From Camelus ferus (lineage: Eukaryota): DNA of 64,000 nucleotides. Made by a program: the position numbers and the translations under genes. Below are positions 13,001 through 26,500 of the stretch, in pieces; the stretch's first letter is position 1; each line of letters starts with the position of its first letter. The notes beneath the pieces are model-generated. The model searched no databases and was not told where the DNA came from. It was given only the letters and a program-made list of their open reading frames with translations. The stretch covers positions 9,922,001 through 9,986,000 of the forward strand of contig NC_045698.1 in the NCBI RefSeq assembly GCF_009834535.1, in the 5' to 3' direction.

Positions 13001-16000
13001 GGAAAGATGATTGTATTGAGAATGAGAAAACCAGCCGGAAAGTACTAAACTGAGATGAAAATAGTTTAAAAAAAAAAATACTCCTTTGGAGTTCACAGCA
13101 TTAATAAGATCTTTCTCATTTTATAAGACTGGCTAATAATCTAATAATTTAACAATGAAATTATCTTTCTATATATCTTCTTTTTAAAGTATGTCTATTT
13201 TCTTTCACTAATTAAAATAATTCATTTCACATGTTTTCACCTTATTACAAAATAATTAAATGGGAAGCCAATTATAATGTTGTTAGCAAAAGCTAATCGA
13301 TTTTAAGCAAATTACTTAACCTCCCTGGACTCCAGCCTTCTCAGTTTTAAATGAGAGTAATGATAGTATCTACTTTGTAGAATTGTGGGGAAAACTCGAG
13401 TTCATAGTATATCAACTTACAAGGAGGCACTCAATAAATGGTGAGGTTTTTAATTATGTAAATTTAACAGGAACACATGCGTACACGCACACACAGATAC
13501 ACACACGCGTGCAGATACCACACACAACCAGCAACCACGCCTGGCCAGCCAGGAGGCGAACTGTGTGGAATCATTACCCAGGAAGTTCATCGTGTTGGAG
13601 GCATGAACTCGCTTGCGAATGGCCTCTAGCGTATTCCTTGTGACTTTCAGAAGCGCTTCCGTGTTTTGGTGATTGAAATGAGAGAGCAACTCGAGGGCTC
13701 CTTCCTTTAACACCTCAGTCTCTCTCTTCTTCCTCATGATTGTTGTCAAAGGGAGGGGGCCTGCCCCTGGCACTTAAGGGACGATGTCAAGGAGTCAGAA
13801 TTTCCTTCTTCTCTTTTTGCTGTTACAAAATGAGAGAAATTGAAAGAGATGAGGTGGGAGGGGTGGAGGATAGCGGGGAAGAGATTAAGAGAGAGAGAGA
13901 GAACCATCTATTGCAATTAAAGAAAATTAAGATAAATTACACGCAAGTTTGATAACACTTAAACATCACACTTCTTATGAAATGACGCTGTCAAAGAGGA
14001 TATTGGGGCCCCAGGTGGACTGCTGGAGGCCTCTCCTCCTTGGTGTGAGGAAACAGGAGGAGAGGCAGAAGCTATGGCTGCAAAAGCAAGACAGGGTCTG
14101 GGAGCCTGGGTGCTGGTTCTCTGGATTCCCTCTTCTACCAATAACCATAAAACCCTGGGGGAATAGCTCCCCTGGTCTGCCTCTCAGTGTCTTCATCTGT
14201 CCTGCAAACCATTTGGTCTGGTGTAGAAATACTCCAGTGGGAATTCCAATCCAGAAACCATCCTGCTTTACTGATAAAGTGAAAAGACATACACTTGTAC
14301 ATTAAGTGCAAAGAGAACTAACCAGGGCCAATGCAAAGTATTTCTAGGGTTTAACAAAAAAATAACGGGAATTAATGACATGGAGCCATTAAAATGTGCT
14401 CTGAATCATAATATCAGATTTAGAAATGTCCTTATAAAATTGGGAGGGTATTTGTAGAAGTGTGAAATGCACTGCCATGTAGAAAATTAAATTTTAGTTT
14501 TCAGTAATGTCCTAGAAAAACAAGACCCTTCCATTACCCCGTGTCTTACCTAAATTTTCATTTTTTGAATCTGCACTCTTGACATTGGGTACTTTTTCAT
14601 TTTCTTCCTTAGATGGAACTTCCATCTCCAGCAACATATTTATGAGCTCATTGACTGCTTCCTCTACTAATGAGCTTTTAAAGTGTAGTATCTGAGCACC
14701 ATTTACACAAAGGTCCTACAAAAAAAAAAAATTAGCACATGTCATGTTTGTTTATCCAGCTCTTGAGAGCACATTAGTAATGATACTAAGCTATAGGTTC
14801 AGCTGCCAGATGAGATGTTGGCCTCCAATGATGCCTGGCCACACCTCTCACACTAACCCAGGCCAGGCATCCTGTGAATGAACGTGTTAAAGACAAGAGA
14901 ACCAACCAGAGCAGTGTAGTTTGACCAGAATCACACCTACTTCTGCAGCAGCAGAAAATATAACTCTAAAAGCCATGAACAGCCTCTCTTCCCATGCAGT
15001 TTTCTTCATTTCACAGCCTTCCTGCCCTCCTCACCTTTGCCAATGATCCCAATTAGCCAACTCCTAATTAATTTTAGATAGTCCCCTCGCCTCCAAAAAG
15101 ATTACACATTTCTAAGGTGTTGGGCACTTTAATCAAGACAGAGATGGGAATAGATGATGTAGACAGTGATTTACCACCTAGGTGGAAAATAAGCCCATGA
15201 AGCAACAGGCTCTGAGCTGGTCATAGTCTCCAGCTCCATTGCAAGCTCCACCATCATTCATCTTGAGCCTCTCCAACGGGCTCATGGACCATACACTCCA
15301 AACACCAGCTTCACGCTTCCCTTACCTCCTCATCACCCATGACATCCACCTCCAGTCCACTGCTACAAGGCATATGGCATTTTGATGCCATTAAAATAGT
15401 AAGATTCTGATGTGTCCTGAAACTATTAAACCTCTTTATCATCAAATAAAGTATAAAATAACAACTTCGTTCCCAACCCAGAACTTCACCCAACTACTAA
15501 TCTCCAACCCCAGCCTAAGACAAAGGCTATATGTCCTAAAGACAGCTATGAAAAAGACCCAGGTCGGAGACTGGGTAAGGGATGGGATAGTACAAAGCGA
15601 ATGGAGGCCCCTGTGTGGCCCTGACTCCACACTCTCATCCAAAAGACAAACCAGTCTCCCTCATTAACTCTTTTTCTTCCTTGTTCAGTGAATGCAATGT
15701 TTCTCCTTCTATTTAAAAATACAAAGTCACAGAATCTGAGTTTTAAGTCACAGACTCTCCTGCTTCCCCAGAGACTATACTTACCACCCATTCACTTTCT
15801 CCTTCTCTACTTGATTATCCCCCTCAGCATATGAACATACCCATTGAACTTCAACTCAACATCTTTCTATCAGAACAACAGGCCTCAGGGCCTTTGCACT
15901 TGCTATTCCCTCTGCCTGGAATGCTTTTCTCCAAAGATATTCACAAGGCTGGCTCCCTCACTTCCTGTGTTCAGATGTAATCACAGAAGTCCTCCCTCAC

Positions 16001-19000
16001 CATCATCATAAAATCACAACCCTCTCTCAGGTACTCCTTTTGTCCACAACCTCTTAACTTTTCTCCACTGAACTTATCACCTGACATGTTGGTTTATTGG
16101 CTATTTTGTTTGCCTGTTTTTCTGTATCCTCCACTTGAAAGTGGGCATCGTAATGGCAAGGATCTCATCTGTTTTGTTCTCTGTTGTATTCCTAAGCAGT
16201 GGTTTGCATAGGAGCACCACAAAAATAAATGAAGGAATAAGTGAATTATAAGAACTAAATTCAAGGGAAAGTTTCTGTTATATTGATAATCATTCACTTT
16301 AGTAATCAAAATGCAAATTAAAATTAGGCTCTATGATTTTGCTACTTAAACTAAAATTAATAAATTATAATTATTTATTATAATAAATGTATTATTATAT
16401 TTAATTATAAGAAATGTATTGCTCTTTTATGTAACTTATTATAATAAAAATTTTATTATAATTTATTATAACTATAATAAAACAGTGTTTGCTCAAAGAG
16501 AGTGAAATTGGTACTATTGCACTGCTGATGGCATTGCAAGTTGACACATCATTTTGAAAAGTAATTTGGCTACAAACATTAAGAGCCATTAAATGAAGAC
16601 ACATCCTCTGAGACAATAATCCTATTTTGGAGGAGGAAATACTCCTAAAGGGGAAGAAAGCATGAAATATATAAATATATTCATTGCAGCCCTCAGCAAA
16701 TTAGCAAAACTTTGGAAACCATTTAACTGTCCACCAACAAGGAAGTAGTAATTAGGGTACAACAATTCACTGGACTATTCTGAAGGCATCATTAAAATGG
16801 TGACTATGAAAGCCATGTAGCAACATGAAAAATAGTTTGTGAAGAAACAGTAGGTGGGAGGAAAAAAACACTATTCAAAATCTGCTGTATGTATGGTAGG
16901 GATCACAAATTTATTAAGTATAATTTGCCTATAAGTAGGCAATACACCAAAATTATGATAAAATGGTATAAAAAGGCAGTACACCAAAATTATAACAATG
17001 GTGGTATAGTTGGTAAAAATGCTATCTTTTCCAATTTTTTTAAATATTCTAAAACTTGCTTTTAAATTTAAAAGGAATGAATTTTATAAGATAATAATAA
17101 AAATAGGGATAATTAATATTAAAAATCGTGAAGCCCAGTGATTTCTCTGCTGGGGGGATATAAAAAAACGCACAGGAGAGACAAGATGGGGTTTGGGGTC
17201 TACCAACAGTTAGTGAGTCTGAGAGAAGGAAGAACCGGAAATTTCTAAAGTCCAGACATTTAATTTTGATTATATAATAATTTAATATAAGCTAAATATG
17301 ACCACATATGCAGAAAAAGGCTAACACCGGCAGGTCTGAGATCGCTGGCCTGCTGGTGAGGTTGGTCTTTGGCGGGTGTCTGGGAGCCTAGTTTCGGGAA
17401 GGTTGTAAAGAGTAACTATTTCTCTATGCCTGGACTGCCTGTGCAAACAGTGCGGTTTATGCCAAAAACCTGCTCTCCTTCTGGGTGTCTGGAATTTTAG
17501 TCCACGCTAGGCAGAGGGTGTCTGTGTGATGAGACCGAATAAAAACCTTGGGCATTAAGTCTCTAACAGGCTTTCCTGGGCATAAATGTTGCAGACCTGT
17601 CGCTGTATTCTTGTTGCTGAGGGTGAGGGGACAGTGAGCTCTGTGTGGCCCCCCCATGGGAGGGAGAAAGCGTAAGGAAGCCCACTCATGCATTCCTGCA
17701 AACTCTGCTGGTCTTCTACCTTATGGGCTGACTGTGTATTCTTCCTATGTAGCTGTGACAAATCTTAGCCTTTAGTGATTCTGAGTTCCATGAGTCCTTC
17801 TGGTGGGGCTGGTCTTGAGGACTCCTGACATACCATATTAAAATCACCATTGATGAGTTTTTGTAATCGAGATGCCTAGTGGAAATGTTGCAAATGATGC
17901 TGAAGTGACGTTGCCAAAGGGTCACTTCATGGAGCACTGCCCCCGGGATCCTAGTCCTGGCACAGGGAAGAAAGTGTCCCGTTTGCTAATGTTTGAGAAA
18001 TAATAGATTAAAGAAATAATACATTAAATAGATACTTTCTCAGGAGAACTTCTGAATGTCTTTATTTTAATATGTTAATGTGAAAAGACTCTGGAAGGGA
18101 AAAAGAGGGTACAGTCTTTACCAGCTTGAACACAGACCCCACCTTTCCCAGCTTTCCCAGCAACGGCTCCAGAACTGTGTCTGTGCCTCAGAACACCAGT
18201 TTGGGAAACACTATAGAAATGTTCAAAAAAGAAATTCTGTCCAGAGGCTGTTTAAAACAATTATTTTATTAATTAACCCTAACTTACTAGAAGCTCTTCA
18301 GCAAAATAGCTCTATTCTTCAAAACTATGAAAAAAATGAGAAATGTGTTCCATGGCAATTTCCCTCCTACCGATACGAAAAGAAATGATTTGTTCTCTGT
18401 GTCTGAGTAAATCCTCAGATATATTCCTCTTCATTTCCAAATTATTGTCAGAAGGCTCCTTGTTTGAATCACATTTATCACACACCAATCATGGGTAAAG
18501 AATAAAATGTAATTTATGCTTCCAAATAATGGCTTTATAGAAAAATAAATCCCCCCAAATTTTGTTAAATAAAAGCATCAATCATCTAATAACCTTTGTC
18601 ATCTGGAGAAACTCTTCGCAGGTAAGTGGCTCCTCCTGGGGGAGCTGACAAAGAGGCGTGCTACTCATTTCTTCTAGGATGGCGTCAATGCGGAACTCGA
18701 TCAAATCATTGACCCTGTCGAGCAGCAATTCCAGGTCCTCTTTAGGGAAAAAAAAGGCGGGGGGGAGATTAAGCATTTTTTTTTAATCAACATGATTAAA
18801 CTTCAGTAGGAAAATCAGGATTAAAGTTGCTCCATAGAGCTGTTTCACACTTGGTTTTCTCACATTGTTCCTTCTTTAACCAGTCTCCTAACTTTCTCAG
18901 CCTGGCTAACTCTTGACTTGAGATTTAACTTGAAGTTTGAGCTCAAACGCATCTCCTCCAGGAGGCTTTCTGTGCATCTGCACGTACTGGAGTGCCCTCC

Positions 19001-20507
19001 TCCTCCTGTACCAGCACCAACCCAACTCCTGAGCACCCCTCCATCTCTGCATACACCAGGTTGTCTACTTGTGTCTTAGCTTCCTCGGGAATATCACCTT
19101 TTTCATCCTTGCATCTTCAACACTTAGCCCAGCGCCTATTCCACAGGAGGTATTCAGCAGATATTATTGAAGTCAAATTCCCTCAATTTTTTTTTAACTG
19201 TTACTATCACAAGGTATATTTTTTTTAAGTTGTGCCAAAGTAATACTGAACACTAGTTTCCATGGACAGGAAGAGTAATTCCAGAAGAAATTAACGATTT
19301 ACATCAAAAGTAGGAATGATGGTTAATGTATCTCCATCTAAGGGGTAAATACATTTTTCAACAGATATCATATGGTAAGTTTTCTTTTTTTCTGATACTA
19401 CTTGTTATACACATGTTCTATCCTCATGATATATCAAAGATGTAAATACTTCCTTAAATAAGTGCCTTTAATTCCTAAAGAGTAAAGCCCTAAAAGTTTT
19501 CAAAAATGTTGAAGCTAATTATCAAAGAGACTACTCAAGATACCAAAGAGTTCTGCCTGGTAAGCTTATTCGCTCCTAAAAGAGAACCAGAACTTTCATC
19601 TAAGCATATGCACTCAATTACTATTGAGCACTCTTTACTATTTTTGACTGATCCTTCAAAGCAGCTTCAAGGATATGTGTGATAAGCTGAATAATGGCCC
19701 TTCGGAGAACGTCCACACCCTAATCCTCTGTGAATATTACCTTACATGGAAAAGGGGACTTGGCAGGTGTGCTTATAAGAGGGAGGTAGAAGGATCAGAG
19801 TCAGACAGAAGACAATGTGACCACAGGACACAGAGAAAGAGATATGAAGGTGGTATGCTGCTGGTTTGAAGTTGGAGCAACCATGAGGCAAAGGATGTAG
19901 GCAGCCTCTGGCATCTGGAAAGGGCAGAGGAAAGGATCCTCCCTGGAGCCTCCAGAAGGAACTATCCAATGTTGATTTTACCTCCTTAAGATTCATTTTG
20001 GACTTTCTCACCGCCATAGCCATCGTATTTTTTTTTAATGGCTTTTTTTTCCATTTGTTTTTATTTTTATTTTAGGGGGGGTTTTTAGGGGAAGGTAATT
20101 AGGTTTGTGTATTTATTTATTCTTGGAGGAGGTACTGGGGATTGAACCCAGGACCTCCTGCATGCTAAGCATGCACTCTACCACCCTAGCTATACCCTCC
20201 CCCTACAGCCATCTTATGGTAAGCCACTAAGTTTGTGGTGGTTTGTTACAGCTGTAGTTGGAAACCAAAACAACATGTATAGACTGTACAAAATCATGTC
20301 AAAGATGTCCCGTGTGTTGTTTTGAAGAGTAGCAAATGCTCTCTTAACTGCATGATACAAATAACCGCCTGTAAATAGAAGTGTCAGCCCACTAATCCAA
20401 TGAAGAACCCAGTTGTTGCTGGGATTCAACATAGTTTGCCTCCCAAAGAAATCTAATCCTTGTTAGCCCTCAGTTTCTTCATTTAAATTAGAAAAAAAAA
20501 AAAAAAA

Positions 20508-20538
<31 letters not shown>

Positions 20539-23500
20539 ATCAGAGAACTAAGAGTTTCTTGAGAAATGATCTCCTGTCTCCAGCTAACACTAATAAAACA
20601 TCCCAACTGTTAACACTCCAATTCTAATACTCTCCAGGGAGAATAATACTGAAGTCTGCCTTGGCAGTCAGTTCTAATTTGGTTGTGATGACTCTTATTA
20701 TGAAGTTTTTATACATTTTACCAATGCTTCCTCTTCCTTTCCTCTTGTTTTATTTTCTGGGGAGATGTATTTTGGAAGGAATATTGGTTTGGAGGCCAGG
20801 AAACTGGATTCTAAACTCATTCTTGTTTCTTACAACACCATACAACATCGGAAGCCACTTAGCATCTGTGGGTCAGGGTTTTCCAGCTGTACGTTGGAGG
20901 TCTTATTTAAGATTGTTTCTACAACGTTCTCCATTCTTATAAAGCTATGGGTGTCTGATCATGTGTTTTGTATGATTCAACCTTCAAATTATAATGAGCC
21001 TGAAACACACCCCATTCATATCCAAAGGCCCCTTCACACTTTGCCTTTGAATCTGTTCCCCAAACCTGTGAAGTAAAACAAAGAGAATGGAAGAGCTCAA
21101 CCACTAATTCCTCACTCCTCTACCCCACTCAACCCAGCACCCACCAAATATTCTTGAGCACACAGCACCTGGCGAAATAAATGGCTGAACCCTTCTGAGC
21201 TCTAAGTTATTTGGAAGGTACAGTGAAAATCTGCTATTAAAACAAGCTCTTGACAATTTAGGCGGTAGACTATGTACTGCTTCAGCAGCCACAAATACGA
21301 GACGGCGAGAGAGAGAGAGCGAATAAAAGGAGAGATATGTAGAAGGGAGACTCAGGAAGGGGTGACCCAGAAATGAGGTGATGGAACCAAAGGGGTAGGA
21401 AAGAGGTTATGGAGGTAAAGAAATGGAAACCCATTAACTATATAAAACTATTGCAAGTATGAATCCACACATGTATGGGTGTCTAGTATGAACCCAGCTC
21501 AGAGGAATACAAAAGTGTAAGAAACAGCTTGATTTTCAAGCCCTTTGCAGTCAGTTTGGGAAGAAAGATGGAACCATGAGAAGAAATCAAAATACAGAGT
21601 CTTTAGTCCCAATGAAAAACAGCAGGAGATCACAGGAGGAAGTGGCCCCGAGTGGTGAAACAGTCTGAGTGGGCTTCCGGGCAGTAGGACTTACTCTGGG
21701 CCTTACACATGGGGAGCATCGGGCCAGGAAGAGACGGTGTGGACACCGTGCAGGAGAGGAGAATGGCGATTTCTAAGTCTTCCTGGAACAACCCCTCCAT
21801 CACCGTGGTCCAACCTGTGTTCCACCGCCCACCATGGAAGGTCTACAGGTGTTAACAGGCTCTCCTAGGAGGCAGCCAAGGGATTCTGGGGAATGTCACC
21901 TTCAAAAGCCCACTTTAGGAGACACTTTAATATGCCACTGGACAATGGCATATTAAAGGCTCTGAAAAGTCCTCCAGAAAAGAAGCCTGTTGACTTTGTT
22001 TAAACTGGATTTCCAGGCTTACCTGAGCCTAGACTCTTTCTTTGCAGCATATTTGTACACATTCTGGGAAATCATGTTTTATGGAATACATCACCTTACC
22101 TATATTTTAAAGTGTATTCTATCCCTCATTAAGAAAAAATATTTGCTTAACCTTTTCCCATGTGTCCTGTCCAAATCTCCACATCATTCAAATCGGAGTC
22201 TCAAAAACACACTAACTTATTAGCATAAAAAGCTGAATGACTCTAAAGTTCCTTTAAAGTCTCATGTCAAACAATAAGTATAATTTTAAGATGTAGCTCA
22301 TCTCTGGGGATAAAATTAAATAGCGAATGTATATAGTTTCCAGGAAATTAATGACTTCATATATTTGGTAAAATTCCATAGGGAACAGCTTAAGAATAAC
22401 ACTCCTCGTTTCATTATCTATGTCACAATATCTCTAAGAAATACAGTAGACATTTAAAACTCAGCCTTTCGTACTGAAAAATAATAAGCACTTAAACAGA
22501 CGTACGGATCTTTGCAAAAGCGTTTTTCAAGTACATCTCAATGTTCAGTGATGTCCAGGTCAGTGCAGCCACGCCAGGGCTGGAGGGCTTCATCCACCTT
22601 GGCCAAATGAGGGACCATCAATAGCTCCATGATGGGAGGCATTTTTGACTTCACTCTCTGATATTCAGCCAACATCATCTGCAATGAAATGGGGGTTAAG
22701 TAATCAATTAATATCTCACTTTTAATATCTATTAATATCTCATTTTTTAATCCAAAAGGATTACTTTTATTTAGGGTTCAGCTAGTAGGGCTCCAACAGT
22801 AGCCTGGCAAGCAGAATCAGACAAAACAAAAGAAGAATAGAACAGAAGACAAGAAATCTCTTCATAAACATAAATTCCTAATCCATAAAATACCACTGAG
22901 GAGAGAAAAAGAACTTAAGAGTAAGAGTTTCTCACCCCCTATCCAGCCCAAAAGGGGAGAAAAGTTCTGAGGTCAAGTGACTTTTCCAAACCAGGTTAAG
23001 TCATGTTACCAGGGCCTTGGCCTGTGCATCACTCAGTTCATTCATTCAACTTTGCACACTGTCACCACGGGCTCCCTGCTCCACTGAGCACTTCCTGTGG
23101 ATCAGATTCAGTACCCAAAGTGTGTGGGTGAGCAGAGGTCTGCTCAGCCCATTGCTGGGATCACAGGCCAAGTCTTGATGCAAGACCCAAAGCACAAAGG
23201 GAGAGAGTCAGGAAACCAGTGTTGATGTCAACAAATACCATGGCTTTAAGTATCATCCATAGGCCGAGGACGGTGAAACTTACATCACCAGCCCGGCATC
23301 TCACTTCTGAAGTCAAGATTCATATGCGGCAACAGCCCACTCAATGTCTCCACTTGAATATCTAACAGACATTTCAAACTTAACATGTTCAAAACTGAAA
23401 GTTTGTTCTTACCCCAAAACCTTCTCTGCCAACAGCATTCTCCATCTCAAATGATGGCAAGTCTATCCTTTTAGTTCTCAGGCCAATTCTCAAAGTCATC

Positions 23501-26500
23501 CTTGACTTTTCTCTTTCTCTCATACTCACATGCAATCCTTCAGAATATCTTGTTTGTTCCATATTTTTTAAAAATCCTGTATCTGCCCTGCTTACCATAT
23601 CCACTGCTACCACCATCACTGAGTCTCACTGAGACTACTGTAATGGTCTACCACTGTCTCCCTGCTTCCACTCACACCCCCTAAATACAGCCTATGCTCA
23701 ATCTAGCAGCAAGGAGTGATTCTTTCAAACGTTAAGTCATATCATGTCACTCCTTTGCTTACATGGCTACATGAATTCCCATTTCCTTCGGGGCTACAAA
23801 TTCTCATGTTGGTCTACAAAGACCAACCCAGTCTGTCCTCACTACTTCTCTAGTCTCATCTCCAATCACTCTTCTCCTTTCTTACCTTACTCCTGCCCTA
23901 CTCCTGTTTTCCATGCAGGTCCTTAGGGCCTTTGTGTCTCCTTCAAATATTTACTCAAATGCCACCTTCTCAATTAGGCCTGTCCTGACCATCTATTTAA
24001 GATTGTAAAGCATCACCAAAAACAACCGACACACTCTATCCTCTTTGCCCTGCTCCATTTTTTTCTATAGGATCTATCACTTTCTAATAGACTATATAAT
24101 TTACCTATACGTTCATTGCTTATTTTCTGTCTTACCCAATGAGAATACAAGTTCTATAAGGACAAGAACTTGGCCTGCTTTGTTCAATGTGCCTGAAACA
24201 GTAACTGGACACATAGAAGATGATCAATCGATATTCTCTAACTAATTAATTAGTTGTTATTAGAAGGAGCATTTGTGATTAGCAAATCATGGTTCTCCAT
24301 TAAAATTTTCCTGTTGCACGATGTTGAACTGTGTCAGTATTTTGTTCATATATTACGATTTTTAAATAATACTATTAGTATTTCTAGCCTACCTTTTATG
24401 GTAATGTGAATATTAATAATAATTAATTATAAGAAAGCAACTTTAATGTACTTCTTAAATACAATTGCTTTTTTTTTTAATTGCAGTATAGTCAGTTTAC
24501 AATGTTGTGTCAATTTCTGGTGTACAGCACAATGTTTCAGTCATACATGAATATACATATACTCATTTTCATATTCTTTTTTACCATAAGCTACTACAAG
24601 ATATCGAATATAGTTCCCTGTGCTATACTGTATAAACTTGTTTATCTGTTTTATATATACCAGTTAGTATCTGCAAATCTCAAATTCCCAATACAATTGT
24701 TTTTAAACTCATATATTTGTAATGCGCGTGCTGGTGTTACTTTGTTGTTTTATCAATGTTTCCCAAAGTAATTTCCCTGAAATGCTTGCCCCAAGAAATT
24801 CTGTAAGAAAAATTGTCCCTGGATGGTAAGTTTGGAAAACACGGTGCACAATATCTCCCTTAGTGGACAGTCACAATTAATATTTCGGCTTCTAAAAAAG
24901 CTGCAAGAAGGAAGTAAGGAGCCCAATGGATTTCGTGAATTTTGTTAAACTCAGAAAGAGTTTCCAAAATGGACCACATAATCCTTTCTTCATTTGACAT
25001 GTTTCCACCATTTCTGTAATATCCTTTCAATTTCCATGAAAAACCTAAATTTGATAGTTCTATCAGCAGCTACTTATTTATTGCCTGAACTGTTTATCCT
25101 CGGCTTACCTTTTCTTCAATGTTCATCACTTCTTCTATCTGGGAAGCAATTCTTACAATCAGCCTCTAGCAGCCCTTCTGCTTCCAACCTTAATCCTTTA
25201 ACCCCAGGAGGTATTATTCATCCATTTTATGAATGAAAAACTGAGGCTTATAAGGGTAAAGTAATTTGCCCAAAGATAATGCTTTGAATCCAGATCAGCT
25301 TTAGAATCTGTATTCCTAACGACTAGTCCATGCTGACTCATCTCTTTCTAGTTTGAACTGCCTTCCAAGGACTAGATGAAGAAAACAGACTCTCAGCTAC
25401 TTCAGCATATCTATGGAAGCCTGAAAACTCTGCTAAATATTCAGCACAATGACTCAACAACACCTGAGACAATCCCCCAAACATGCCAATAGATCTGCTC
25501 TTACCAGCTACTCATGTTGGGTGGGAACCTTCTACACTTTCATCTTCAGGTTACAATAAATGCCAGCCAGATGATAATTCACTTGCTAGAGTCGACATTT
25601 ACAACTGTAGTGGTTTTAAAACAGTCTTTTCAACCCTTGTCCCTTCCTGAGGTGGGGTATATGTCCCCTCTCCATGAATCTGGGTGGGCTACGGAGCCCA
25701 ACAGAGAGCAACAGAAGTGATGCTATGAGACATATGATAATGTCCAAAAGGTCATGTGGCTTCCTCCTTGTTTACTATAATGCCCGCTATTGTAAACCTG
25801 AATTGACTTATAAGAAATTCTACTGCCTTGAAGCCTCCATCCTGGAAGGCCACACATAGATCCTCCAGTCCTTCATCCCATCTGAGCAAAAATTCCAGCA
25901 ATTCCCACTGAAGAACCAGAGAATAAGTCCGTCTTGGACCTCCCAGAATGAACATCTGCCAATCGAACTAAACAACCCTGTTCAGTGCCACATAAAGCGG
26001 AAGAATCACCTAGTCAAGCCTTGTGCAAACTCTTTACTCACAGAATCATGAGATACAATGAAGTGGTTGTTTTAACCCATCACATTTGGGGGCTGTTACA
26101 TGAAACAGCAACAGAAACAGCAATACTCTGGACAAAATTATCATTAGTAATTATATTTCTTAGTAAAAATAACCATTTTATTCACAAATATGTAGCCTAA
26201 GTTATTTTTCTAACATGCAAGAAAAATCTAAAAGGCAATTCCAACATGCTGACTAAGTATTTGATGAGCTTACATTTGAGGAATGTCTGTCCATTGCCAA
26301 CATTAACTTTTTAACATAACATGGAGTGGGAAAACAGTGGACTACAAGTTTGAGTTCTGGTCCTACTTCTGCCATTTACTAGCTAGGAGATCATGGCTAA
26401 GTCATTTAATTTCTCTGAGCCACAGTTTTGTCATCTACAAAACAATATAATAGTATTCTATCCCAATTATCCAACAAGGCTGTGGAAGATATCAAATGGA

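Noticed and set aside
16320..16480. Very AT-rich quasi-palindromic tract
   Set aside because: Low-complexity sequence next to an old L1-like fragment; no specific structure can be supported.
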